A DNA stretch of 59,522 nt, filler included, from Dirinaria sp. TL-2023a (Eukaryota), in the NCBI GenBank assembly GCA_051941275.1. It is 10 parts of 10 records of this genome, joined end to end, with 100 filler letters (N's around TTAATTAATTAA, not from the genome) between each part and the next. Parts side by side here need not be neighbours in the genome. Positions count along the whole stretch, not along the records: positions 23,951 to 29,807 come from JAVEBF010001574.1; positions 29,908 to 35,763 come from JAVEBF010001575.1; 8 more parts are not named here. One strand, given 5' to 3'. Below are positions 23,951 through 35,863 of this stretch, in pieces. The notes beneath the pieces are model-generated. The model did no database searches. It was not told where the DNA came from and saw only the letters and a list, made by a program, of their open reading frames with translations. Every line of letters begins with the position of its first letter. The first letter of the stretch is position 1. The translations under genes were made by a program, and so were the position numbers.

Positions 23951-25112
23951 GATCGTTTGATAGCGGGTGATCGACGCATCTACAGTATTTGGAAGCGTGG
24001 CTCTCGTGGACACGTTTCCAGGCTAGTAAGGCGCGTCATTGAGCTTGGCATGCAGCTGTGAGAGGAACAGAAATCATAAGGTACCAGACCAGTAACCAGT
24101 TGCGACACTAGCGTGGCCAGCTGGGAGCCACCTCAGGTAAGGCAGGTCAGGTCAGGTAAGGTGAGGTACTGTAGGCTCGGAGGAAGCAACCCAAAGCTCT
24201 CTCCCAGAAAGAGACATGATACCACTACCTGTAATAATCATGATCATAATGCGCGCGCGATCACCAAAGCCCATCTGAAGTCGCCAACCTAAAGGTACCT
24301 TAGATGGTCGACTGACTTAGTCTTGGCATACATGGCGCTAGGTAGGACTTCTGGTCGAGGGCAGATGTGGCCCTTCCGTAAGGTACCTTAAGGTACGGTA
24401 CGAGGGCTCTTTTCAGATGGAAAGCAGGGGTTGCCCAATCAGGGTTGGATCACCTCGGCACCCACCCACCACCTCGGCTCCCACTACCCGGACCTGCCAC
24501 ATGTAAAGTAATCCATCCATACTGGGCCCCCCTGCCTGTCTGCCGCCGACCAGACCACATCCATCAATATCAAGGTACTGTATTATTTTCTGACAGATTC
24601 ACTCTCCAGTAGAATAATGGATAGGTTTGAGTATGTAGCTAGCTTAAAATTAAATTTAAAAAAAAAAAAAAAGACAAAAAGTTTGACAACAACCAAAATG
24701 TCATTCCAATGCATAAGATAATTTGGCCTTTCGCCTATTGCGAGAATTCTTCGGCCGAGAACGGAAGATTCGAAATTCTTTCATGGTCGAGACCTGCGCG
24801 TGAGAGAGTTGAAATGAAGGACAACTCACTTTGCCTAGACTACCTGACTGGCCTTACCTTAGTAGCCCTTCCTCTCTTTGTTCATCATCGCAGGTTGACG
24901 ATTCCAGCGCACTGTCACGACGACACCGTGCATGATTAGTCAAAAGGAAAGTGGAGATAGCGCTTGTTAGACTGTTAGTACCTATTATCATCGAGCTATT
25001 TTCGCGAAGGTGCTTTCGGTACTTTCGGTACCTTGATACCTCCTCATCCAGAAACCTCACGTGGCCAGATTACATACATACCTTACAGTAGTAGTATCTA
25101 GTAGCGATATCG

Positions 25113-27073
25113 ATGCCGCCCGCCAACTCCCCTACCGTAGTACTTGGCATCAAAGCGATTACCTAAAACGTGCTAACCATGTCCCAGGAGACGCCGCCGC
25201 TGCCTGACGATCCCTCTATCGCTGCTGCCAGTCCCTACCTCGAACAACTCGTCCGACTCGCCAGTCCCGTTCCGAATCTGGCGGCAACATTATCTACCCG
25301 AGTCGAGCAGGAAGCCAACGAGGAGAATGTCAGCTTCCTGCGCACAAGGCTGCCAACCCCTCCGCCAACACTCGAAGAGAGTAGACCACATCCTATACAT
25401 CCAGGCTCCACGAGAACCATGGACATGCCGGAGACGAACACTCCATCGCCGTTGCGGGATGCCCGGACCGGCCAGATCATCAGCCGCGCCGATAGCGAGA
25501 GTCAGCGGCGGATGCGGAGGGCCATAATGGCAACACGGCCTGTCTACCAACAGGCCGACGACCACGATTCCGAACCCTCTTATGCGTCACGGGTATCTCG
25601 CCAGAGCTATCCTAGCTATTCCGGATGGGCGCCGGGCAGTTCGGAGGATGAAGAAGATTCCCACCCAATCCTTCCAGGAGGCTCACAGTCTTCGGCGCAA
25701 ATCTACAATGAGTGGTCTTCAAGGATGAGAGAGCTACGGTCGGCTAGGTCTACAAGAGGAGAGCTATCCCGCCTGCTCGATCAAGCCAACGAAACGCCCG
25801 GTGAGCTCGAAGCATATCTACGACCGACAAGAGAGACCAGGCAAGGCACGCAGACCTCAAATCGTTCGAGAGATTATCTGCCACTGCCACAGTATCTACT
25901 CGATCGTGAGCGGAATGGTGGGAGCAATGAAGATTCTGAGCGGCCATCTCAAGCACGGAATGACGAAGCTGCAGCGGCCTTGGTACTTGAACAACGACGG
26001 CAGCAACATCTCCTGATGGAGATGCAGCGGCGCCAGGTGCATCGGCAGCGGCCCATGGAGGCGTCTTGCCCAGCAGGTGTAACAAAACCGTTGGAAGAGA
26101 CCATCAAGTACCTCGGCTGTATGAGGACGTATAACACAGACGAGGAACAGATCGATGCCGCCAAAGAGGCAGGGTTACTTCGACAGGAGTACTTTCATGA
26201 CTGGCAAGATTTCTTCTTTCACCCATTCACTGTTGAACGTCCTCTCGAAAGCTCGTGGTTCAGGATGGGAGGAGTCTTTGCAGGCACCCAGCGTGCGGCA
26301 GGAGCCTCATGCCTCACTTTGCCTCACATGGCAAGCCGCCATCTTGGTGGTTCCGATTCGGCTTCCCGACGGCGCGCACGAACAGAGCGGGCGATTCAGG
26401 AAGATATCACATCCAGCCAAATTTCAAACTTCCGTAATGCACGAACACATCGCACGCCAACGGTCAACCTGCCAAGTATTGGCGATGCGGTGCACAACAG
26501 CGAAGAGTGGCCTGTGAAAGTCTCGATCCATGGTGTAGATTACTCCAACATGACTCTAACCGGGACCATGGAAGCCTCTAATGTACCTGACAAATCCGCT
26601 CCGTCCCATGAATCAAGTATAACCACCTACCTTGAAGGCGAGATCATCGACTTCCAGCACAACTCGCTCGAGACCAAAACCTTCAATGCAAACGCGCGGG
26701 TTGATGCCACATACTGGCGAAAGCTGGAACCGTTCAAGCAGCTGTCCGACGAGCAGATGATCAAAAATCTGTTGAGCAGAAAATGGATAAGCCAAGATTT
26801 AATGGGAAAATACATCCTCATGCGATGGAAAGGTAGGACAATCTCAATAGATTGAGCGTAATTTACCTGGCTAACGTCCTGGCAGAGAAATGCTTCGTGA
26901 AACCATCAGATGCTCAATCGTCGCTCACCATCAGCGGTTTCTACTATGTGTCGCTGAGACGTAGTGATGGCCATGTCGAAGGCCTGTACTACGACCCTTC
27001 GAGCACTCCTTACCAGTACTTGTCGCTTGCTGCCGAGGGGAAGCGGACATTTCCTACATATGCTTTTACCTAA
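25113..27073 (+). CDS. GID4/Vid24-like substrate receptor (vacuolar import and degradation domain) with long disordered N-terminus; exons 25113-25136 (tentative), 25188-26832, 26886-27073
   Basis: C-terminal motifs F.GTQ, WPVKVSIHGVDY..MTLTGTMEASNVP, ITTYLEGEIIDF, DATYWRKLEPF, YILMRWKEKCFV, LTISGFYY, VEGLYYDP.STPYQ.L.L. Confidence 0.88.
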
Positions 27074-27385
27074 GCACATACAATTCCACAAACGTACGAG
27101 CAATGAGAGCATGAGCACTGGAGTCGCTGGAACGGAAATAGGAATACTCGCATATCGAATCTATAGGAACATAATAGTGTACGGACGTCGAGTACCTAGT
27201 TGGCACCGAAATAGCAAGCACTGTATGTTCAGCGCTTCATAGTAATTCTTGGTCATGCTTTTTGATAATTACGTAGTAGGGAGTGGTGGATGTTTTATGT
27301 CCTCTACGCAGCATCTAAGCCGCTCCAATGCATGCTCGTGTCAAGCCATCCTCGTTTTCATACTTCCGCCAGTACACTTTCCAAC

Positions 27386-28014
27386 CTACTGCTCCGTCTG
27401 GAAATAATTCAGCAGAATTGAACGCTCCTGTGACTCCTCGCCCCAGTCGCGGACGACAACGCAGGAGCAATTGACCACCTTCCTCGCATTCCCCTCACGG
27501 TCCAGAACACCTGTATTCCACGTCAGAAAAAGAAAAAAAGGGTTCCACCCAATCCCCATAGCAGAGAAATAGGTAAACTCACACAGCCCCGCCCACTCGC
27601 CCAGCTGCTTCCCGTCCGGCACCTTGATCAACGGGATACTATGCTCGCCGCACAGCGCCACCACCAGCTTCTTGTAGGCCTCCTCCTCGCACCCGTCATT
27701 GAGCACGCACATGTGCGCTTGGCGGCGATCGAGCGCTTTGCTGGCTTCGCGCAGGCCCCGCGCCAGGCCGTCGTGGATGAGGGCGAGTTTCAGCACGCCT
27801 TTCAGCGCTTCCAGAACGGTCATCTGAGACCCGCCTGCGCCGCCCGTGGGCGCGACTTCGATTTCCGACGCGGGCTCGGCCGCGGGGGATGTGGGCTCTT
27901 CTCCATCCGACTGTCATGGTGAAAGTTATGGGGTTAGCATTTGGAGAATCGTTGGCTTGCGGTGGGAGCTGTATGGGGGGATTGAGGGTGAGGAGGGGAA
28001 GCTATCATTACCAT
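27386..28014 (-). CDS. RPS12: 40S ribosomal protein S12 (eS12); exons 28014-28012 (ATG only), 27910-27583, 27510-27386
   Basis: [36 protein letters not shown]...[27 protein letters not shown]; two canonical introns. Confidence 0.98.
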
Positions 28015-28328
28015 CTTGATTGCGGTTTGGGATCGTCAATGCAGTTTGTCGGATTATCCTCAAAGAGCGCTGCAGGTTAAGAGGTACTTTAAGGAGTGTG
28101 GGTGATGATGTTATGTTCAAGGCTAACGAGCAGGGTGTAGATGTGCGCCCTCGCTTATGTCTTGCCTAGCGTCATCTGATAAGACAAGGAGCTGCAATAT
28201 CTCGAACACTTACTTACCTTATCTCTGTCAACGTACTACTGTAAGTATTTACTTGAACGTTGAATAAACTAGGTTTTGTCGCACGTTACAGCACCAGATA
28301 TTGAGAGGCTAGTCTAAGAATCAGCAAA

Positions 28329-29707
28329 ATGGCTGAATCATCGTCTTCTAGTGACTCTCGCATACCAGTGTGGCTCGACTGTGATCCGGGTACTTAGACC
28401 TGGCACGGTAATAGTGCCAATACTACCTGCTTTCGATGCTCCCAGCTAATGAACATAGGACATGATGTAAGAGTCAGACAGATGGCAAGCTCAGAAGATC
28501 CCACACTCAGAAAAAGCAGGATGCCTTCGCCATTCTTCTCGCGGCCCATAGCCCACAAATCAACCTCCTTGGCATCAGTACAGTTCATGGCAACGCTTCC
28601 CTAGATTCCACGACTACCAATGCTGGCGCTATTCTGACAGCCATTGGACGGCCTGAAGTCCCCGTCTACCCTGGTGCCCCAAAACCATTCTGTAGAGAAG
28701 GCATCTACGCGCCTGATATACATGGTTTGTCTCGCCCAGCATAAGTGTATGACATGAATTAAGCTAGTGCAGGCGCCACTGGTGTCGACGGCACCGATCT
28801 TCTCCCTGCGCCGAGTAGTCCGCCTATGACAGATATAAATGCCGTTTTGGCCATGCGTAAGGCCTTGCTCAGCCAACCCTCCAGAAAGCCATGGCTCGTT
28901 GCTACCGGAACATTGACAAATGTCGCGCTACTCTTTGCTACGTTTCCCGAATTGGCCGAGCACGTAAAGGGACTGAGCATTATGGGTGGTGCGATTGGTG
29001 GAGGGTTTACTCCTGTGTCGATGACAGCCGACAACAAAGGGTTTGGCAATACCACATTCTACGCAGAGTTCAATATCTATGTATAGCCTCGATACTGCAC
29101 GGATAAGGATTTTGGAGGTTCGAGAACGCTGACAAACATGCAGTGTGACCCTGAAGCAGCTCAATCCATCTTCTCCAACCCTGTTCTTGCTGCAAAAACG
29201 ACGCTGGCGCCTCTTGACCTCACCCACCAGGTCATTGCGACCAAAGAAGTCCGTCAACGCATATTAGAAGGGAGTCCTGGGCTTTCTCAAAGCTCCGGTC
29301 TCACTGTTCGCCAGATGTTTCACGACCTCCTCAGCTTTTATGTCAAGACATATGAAGAAATCTTTGGGCTCAAGACCGGCTCTCCGGTGCACGACCCGGT
29401 ATCCGTCGCCGTTATTTTATTTGACGAAGGGATGGAAGAGCTGGAATACGACGATCGTGGAGGCGAAAGATGGGATATCAGTGTAGTCACCGAGGGCACG
29501 CACGAACCTATCGATTACCGGAAAGGCCGGGATCCTAATAAAGCTCAGCTCGGCAGAACAATTGCAAAGCAAGCCGCAGCCGGCCAGGGCGGAGTGCGGA
29601 TACCAAGAGGTGTAAATGCCGGGCGTTTCTGGGATGTCGTTGAGGACTGCGTGCAGCGATCCGAGGAAAAGCTGCTGGCCCAGCAGCACCAAAGCACCAA
29701 GCGGTAG
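28329..29707 (+). CDS. URH1: Inosine/uridine-preferring nucleoside hydrolase; exons 28329-28389, 28459-28466, 28520-28724, 28773-29080, 29144-29707
   Basis: Spliced WLDCDPGHDDAFAI signature, STVHGNA, IHGATGVDG, ATGTLTNVA, MGG, AEFNIYCDPEAA, PLDLTH, PVHDP. Confidence 0.93.
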
Positions 29708-29807
29708 ATTCCACCGCCGCCTGGGACGTAGAGAATTCAAGATTACCAACATATATCTTCTCGACAAAGCCTTGCCTTGCGTAGAATCAACTTTTGCCTC
29801 GCCTCCA

Positions 29808-29907
29808 NNNNNNNNNNNNNNNNNNNNNNNNNNNNNNNNNNNNNNNNNNNNTTAATTAATTAANNNNNNNNNNNNNNNNNNNNNNNNNNNNNNNNNNNNN
29901 NNNNNNN
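29808..29907. other. Artificial contig spacer 5
   Basis: N44-TTAATTAATTAA-N44. Confidence 0.99.
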
Positions 29908-30791
29908 CCCTTGAGGTGAGGTGCCTTGCCCTATTCGGGGTTAGCTCGCCCTTGGAACTGAGATACGATGCTACGTCTTGTGCAACGCGGTATCTTCTTT
30001 TTATTTGTGATGAGTTTTCGATTTCGTTGGTACGCTTTATGTATAGGTCAGTCTATGATATGTCCGGTCTTAATGTTGGAGAATTTTAGGGGCGGGTAGA
30101 TGAGGAAGTTTAGGGTATGACGTGGGAGAATGTTGAGAGAACGAGGAATATTTTTGAAGGTTTAAGAAAGGGGGAGAGATAGGTATTAGGGATCTTTATT
30201 TTGGGATCTCTTGGTGATGTAGGATTGTATGGTAAGCTGGTTTGCTTATCTGATAGAATACTTTTTGGGTATAATGTTGGAGATATCGTTTCTTCTTAAC
30301 ATTCTTTGTAGCAATTTCCATTCCTAGTCAAACCAGTGCTTTCAAAGGTAATTACCTGTTTGCCTTTCGGAATCTTCGATTGATGAAGTGGAATATGTAT
30401 CAAATAATAGACGGCCCATGAAGAGATGTTAAAAAAGGAGTTGCTAGCATACCTTTTCAAAGGGTAAGGAAATCGTCACAGTATCTGCTGGGTAAGTAAG
30501 TATAATAGAGTGATTCCAAGCAGCCACTCCTCCCATACGTACCAACTGCCATGCTGCGCAGACGAATGATCAAGCAGCACCTCGCGTGCCAATGATGTCC
30601 ATGGCGCTTATGAAAGGGCAACCGTGCCCTGTTGCGCCAATTCGCCAGATCATTAACCACCTACAGCACCTTGCCCTCATGAGAAAGCTATCACGCGCGC
30701 TAAGGTCCATTTTCCAGTAGCATTCTAATGATCGACCTCGATAGCAAAGTATAGTTGTATATACGTGTTGTCGAGATCCTAATTGTCAATC

Positions 30792-31526
30792 ATGCGATCA
30801 TATTCGATTCTGGGTTCGCCTTTCTTTGCGCTTATAGTCTGCATGCCTACCTTTGCCCACGCCTTGGCTCTTCCTACTGTTCTGTGTAATACGACAGTTC
30901 TTCTACCCGGGAACTTGGAAGCTAGGGCGCAGACGTTGGCAAGCCGCCAGGAGTGCCGAATCGGACGGGACGCAAATCTCACATCTCCCTCATCTTTAGG
31001 AAGGTATGTTCACAATATTTTGGCGTGCGGCGTGACCCTGCTAGAAGAAGACCCATATACTCTCACCCAATCATCAGATTCGTCGAAAATTGACAAAACA
31101 ACATCTGCTCGGTCTAGTCACGTGTTACCTGCCGCCCCTGCCCCATTCAGGTACCGGATCGGGCTTACAACCAAGAGCATCCTCATCTCTCCCAAGGGAC
31201 TGGAGATGCCCAACTTCGACGACGTGGTCGATCTGCTGGAAAACGCGGAGCGAGATCTCGAGCACGAGCTGGGACCCGGAGGGCACGACCAACCGATTGC
31301 CAAGGTCCGCACCTGGAGGTTCGGAACCGCCCATCTTTGGATCCGCAACCTGGATGGGTACCTGGATCATGGGGCACTGTTGGCGTTCTTGGGCGGCATC
31401 CGCGAGTCAGGGTTCGAATTCGGTTTCTGGGAGGGTTATTTGGCGTTTTATGATAATGTGTTTACGGCGATTCAAAGAGGCACGGGCGTTTTAAGTCGAC
31501 GAGCAGATGGAGAAAGTGATGTATGA
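30792..31526 (+). CDS. Small secreted protein of unknown function (about 206 aa if in-frame intron 31004-31117 is spliced)
   Basis: Hydrophobic signal-like N-terminus (..FFALIVCMPTFAHA), GTATGT donor with in-frame TAG acceptor, compact alpha/beta-like C-terminal domain ending RGTGVL. Confidence 0.7.
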   Translation: MRSYSILGSPFFALIVCMPTFAHALALPTVLCNTTVLLPGNLEARAQTLASRQECRIGRDANLTSPSSLGRYVHNILACGVTLLEEDPYTLTQSSDSSKIDKTTSARSSHVLPAAPAPFRYRIGLTTKSILISPKGLEMPNFDDVVDLLENAERDLEHELGPGGHDQPIAKVRTWRFGTAHLWIRNLDGYLDHGALLAFLGGIRESGFEFGFWEGYLAFYDNVFTAIQRGTGVLSRRADGESDV

Positions 31527-33401
31527 AAAGTGGTCTTTGGTGTTGGAGATTGAGGGCGCCTGGGAGGGCTATTTTTTGATAAAAAGTGAAATCCTGGCGC
31601 TCGAATCGATGAGAAAAAGTTGAAGGTCCAATAGTCTTGAGAGAAGAGTCCACGCGTCTAATGCTTGCAAGATGTTGAAAATCCCATTCTGTATGTCATC
31701 TTTGTAACCTAAGAGGTATTAAGATCGGAGATGAGAAATTCGATATGTACCTGTTCATGAATGAATATGTCGGACAAAATAAACCAACAAATACAGCAAT
31801 AATCACCCACCAACTGTGGGGCCCCTTTTGGTGCAAAACGCAAGGTTGTTGCTGTCTGACAGAATATGTTTACGTGACATCACCAAAGCCTGCATCCTTC
31901 AGAACCTAGTTTCGTTCAAAAAATAGTTTTCTTGAGCTCACCGTAATAGGGGCTGCAATGGAAAAAGAGAAAAGAATCAAGGTTTTTAGTAGAAGCCCAC
32001 CTTACGTTGCGTACCCGTACGATAGGTTCGATCTGCATGGAAACCGAGAGAGTGATGTAGACAACAACAGAGAAGCCTGACCACATGGCGGATCGATCTC
32101 TAGAATAGCTATACGGCCACACAAGGTAACACCGAGATTAGAGGTTTCCCACTAACATGAGCTACCTTCATCATGTATTGACTCCTACAAGAGGATGTGA
32201 AAGAAGCCTGAGCGGCTCTTGAGTTCTTTGCCGCATAGCGCTTCTCCCTAACAGCGATGCTAAAGTCGTGTCACATGGATTGAGACTAAGAGTAGGATGG
32301 GCTCTCCAATCAACATTCTGTTCTCCTAACGCAGTGGCGGAAATGGGATCTAGGTAGCCGCTGTTCCAATAAGCATCTAATCTTGTAGTAGTGTTTATGA
32401 GAAGGTTTCAATCCCACTATTCCTGCTATGCAGAAGCACTGTGCTACACCTTGTCATTAGTAGTATCGCTAGCGATCCTCTCATTGTATCTCACAAGCTA
32501 TGTATAGCTCACGAATGCATTGACTCTAGTCATGGCTCGTCCAATAAGTACCTAATGCTCTACTTACACACTTACTAAGAGGTGCGGTTGACCATGATAG
32601 TCTGTGGTCCTAACTGGACGACTGGATGGCTTGTTTGTGATCAGTCAGCAGCACACTAGGAGCCTGGAAGGACCGTCTCCGCGTCAAAAGCAATGTACCC
32701 TCGAACGTGGTGGGCAAGTCCGACAAGCGGTCTAAGGGTGGGCTTGGAAAAGTAGAACTGAATTTTCTTGTCTTGTAGCAAAAGGATTGTCTTCTAGCGT
32801 AATTGGGTTGGAATTTATATGAAGTTGCTGCCTCGTAGCGTAGGTATACAGCACACAAAGGATTTAAAGGGGAGAACTTTTGCGATTGGGTACGAACTGG
32901 TGATGCGGGTAAGCCGACTTCATCTCGCGTATTGTTGCCTTGATGACTTAAGGCTGCGTTAGGTTGCATTATTACCCGGTCACCGTATTCTACCTCACCT
33001 CCTGGCCCAAGAGCACATAAAGTACCTCTATCTTCCGATCTCTGGGACAAATACTCTACGAAAATTATGCTCTTCTTATATATCTCGTGGTATGCTGGGT
33101 ACTGATCTTAGTGAGGTCGCTATCCTTTGTTTGGCTCTCAAAGTAGCAAGAATAGTATTGCGACGCCATTTACAACAAAACGGTTGGAGCTAAGTACTCT
33201 TAGAGATTCACAGGGAATATTAATGCTACTGTACTTAGCTTTCTGCTAACAAGATTCGCGACCATTCTCTACCGAAGTTTTGTCCGGCCCTTAGAGTAGG
33301 CTTGTGGCTGATTTCGACAGCGCCGCATACGTCAACCAGCACTGCGCTTGGACGAGAGGCCTAGAACGGCTTCAGAATCAGAGTTGTCATCCCACTTTGC
33401 G

Positions 33402-33442
33402 AATCCTTCTGTACGTAAATCCTTCTGTACGTACATCCTTCT
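33402..33442. repeat. 16-bp tandem repeat (AATCCTTCTGTACGTA x2.5)
   Basis: Directly visible upstream of the FAD oxidase gene. Confidence 0.85.
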
Positions 33443-33804
33443 CACTGTTGTCGTCATTCGATTTACTGATACTCGAAATGCGATTGTGTGAAGAATCAGC
33501 TTATATGACATTTACGAGAATGCTCTATCTCATTGTGCGCTTGTTCATCCCATCACGAGCTGAGCTGATTGGCAATATTGTCGCAATTCGCAATGGAATC
33601 CTTCAGGATACTAATGATGACGCCGACCTTGCAAAGAAGCCGTAGCGCTCTATTCGGCCGCTAGATGTTGCTAATTTCTTGCGCCCTGAGGAGAGCAGTC
33701 ACTAAGGTAGTAGTTCGAAAGTTGAGCAAGCAAAGTACAAATATATATGATGTCGCTCCTGCCCTTCTTGCACCCCTTGTTTTCTTCCTAGATATTCGTT
33801 AAAG

Positions 33805-35495
33805 ATGAGACTCAATGCCATTACCTTTCCATGTCTTGGTCTACTTTCACTAATAGCTAAGGCTTCGCCTTCTCTTTATCCTACTTTTTCGCCATGTGTA
33901 AGCTGTTTGATTACAACCCCTTCAAAATTTGGATTTCCGCCTCATTCACGGAACCTAAAGACTAATCGAACTGCCAGTGTCACACGCTAGAAAGTCAATT
34001 CCCGAACATTACTTATGTCGACACCGGAGATCAATCCGTGCAGTACAAGGCTATCCTTCAAAGCTACTTCAACGTTCCTAACGAGCTGCCCCCAAATTGC
34101 TTCATTCAGCCCCAAACGGCGCTGCAGATATCGAAAATTGTTTCGACTTTATCCCAAGCAAAATGCCAATTTGCGGTCAGAGGTGGCGGGCATATGCTTT
34201 TCGTTGGATCGAACGGTATCCAAAATGGGGTCACGATAGATCTGCGACAAATGAAGCAAACGACCTTAAGTACCGATAAAAAGACAGCTTCAGTAGAACC
34301 AGGATCCAAGTTGGGAGAGGTATACACAACGCTGGATGCTCTGGGTTACGCCATTCCAGGAGGCCGCGCTTCTGATGTGGGAGTGGCTGGCTTGACACTG
34401 GGAGGCGGGAACTCATTCTATGCTGCCCGATACGGCTTTGTCTGCGACAATGTCAAGAACTTTGAGATCGTACTCGGCAATGGCACCCTCACTAATGCTA
34501 ATGCAAATGAGAACCCTGACCTGTACAAAGCTCTCAAAGGCGGATCTGGGAATCTAGGACTTGTCACCCGTTTCGACTTTGTCGCTTTCCGTGGCGGTCC
34601 GCTATGGGGTGGTGTTGCGGTTTACAATTACACTGATTTCCATAAATCGATTGAACCATTCATTGAATTTACGAAAAACATCGCCACCGACCCTTACGGA
34701 TCACTCATTTCTCTATGGACCCACAACGGTACCAGCAATGAGACTCTCGCATCGAATTTGTACGAATATACTGGCAACGCAACCGAAAAACCCTACTACA
34801 CCTCCTCAGATCCGGAAAACGCCCCGAATCCGTTCCCCAAATCTTTCGCAAACTTCACCTTCGACAAGATCGGCAAACCAGTGGCCAATACCCTCCGCGT
34901 TGATTCCCTCTACAATTTCACATTCGAGCTGAACTCCGCCGATGGCCTGCGCAACGTGTACAGTCCCATCATCTTCAACGCCACCACCCCGGTCCTTACA
35001 CAAGTCGACTCTATCATCTACAACACCATCAAATCCACATTCCAGGATCCACCGTACTTGGCCGCGCAAACGCAATATCAGCCCATCCCTCGCATTTTCA
35101 CCAACCACAGCCTCGAGCGCGGCGGCAACGTCCTCGGTCTCGATCGGCTCAAGGATAACAGCATCATCCTCAATTTCCTGATGATCTGGTCCGATCCGGC
35201 CAAAGACGAAATCATCCGCAAAGTGCTCGACACGATTCTCACAAACGTGACGAATTACACGCAAAAGGTGGGCGCGTATCGGCCGTGGCAGTACACGAAC
35301 TACGCGTACGAGGATCAGGATCCAATCGGGAGTTATGGTCCTGATAATGTGCAGTATTTGAAGGATATCAGTCAGAAGTATGATCCGGGGCAGGTGTTCC
35401 AGAAGCTGGTCCCGGGCGGCTGGAAGCTGACGGATGCGGGGAAGAGGAAGAAGCAGTTCAATTTCAACCACTTTGAGGCTTTCAAAGCTTCGTAA
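33805..35495 (+). CDS. Secreted FAD-linked oxidoreductase (VAO/PCMH, BBE-like fold); exons 33805-33897, 33978-35495
   Basis: Signal peptide; FAVRGGGH, VGVAGLTLGGG, DNVKNFEIVLGNG, DLYKALKGG.GNLGLVTRFD; C-terminal Y.NYA...YDP..VFQKLVPGGWKL; many N-glycosylation sequons. Confidence 0.93.
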
Positions 35496-35763
35496 ATAAT
35501 GTTTCGATTTTTGGGTCTTGACTGATTCCGTCGCTTGGGCCTCGGAGTTCAAAAAAATAGCAGAAAATGGTGGTGCGATGTATATACATACAACACGTAT
35601 AAGTACATATTGTGGATTTATGACATTTCAAGATTTCCGCACAAGACCTCTTGTTCGAATTCATCAAGAAAAGTCTCAACATCTTCGTCGACCTCGCCTT
35701 CCCTCAGACACAATCCATCCAGTCACGGCGGATAAAGACGTAGGCCGCCGCTAAGCACACACC

Positions 35764-35863
35764 NNNNNNNNNNNNNNNNNNNNNNNNNNNNNNNNNNNNN
35801 NNNNNNNTTAATTAATTAANNNNNNNNNNNNNNNNNNNNNNNNNNNNNNNNNNNNNNNNNNNN
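35764..35863. other. Artificial contig spacer 6
   Basis: N44-TTAATTAATTAA-N44. Confidence 0.99.

Noticed and set aside
21242..27073. Apparent AOX plus GID4-like 'gluconeogenesis/respiration cluster'
   Set aside because: The genes are on different contigs separated by a spacer.
31600..33700. Long intergenic region as a RIP-degraded transposon
   Set aside because: No transposase or reverse transcriptase remnants or terminal repeats are visible, and I cannot compute RIP indices.
34806..35552. Long antisense ORFs over the FAD oxidase, INO80, AOX and other genes
   Set aside because: Expected shadows of codon bias on the opposite strand; no motifs.
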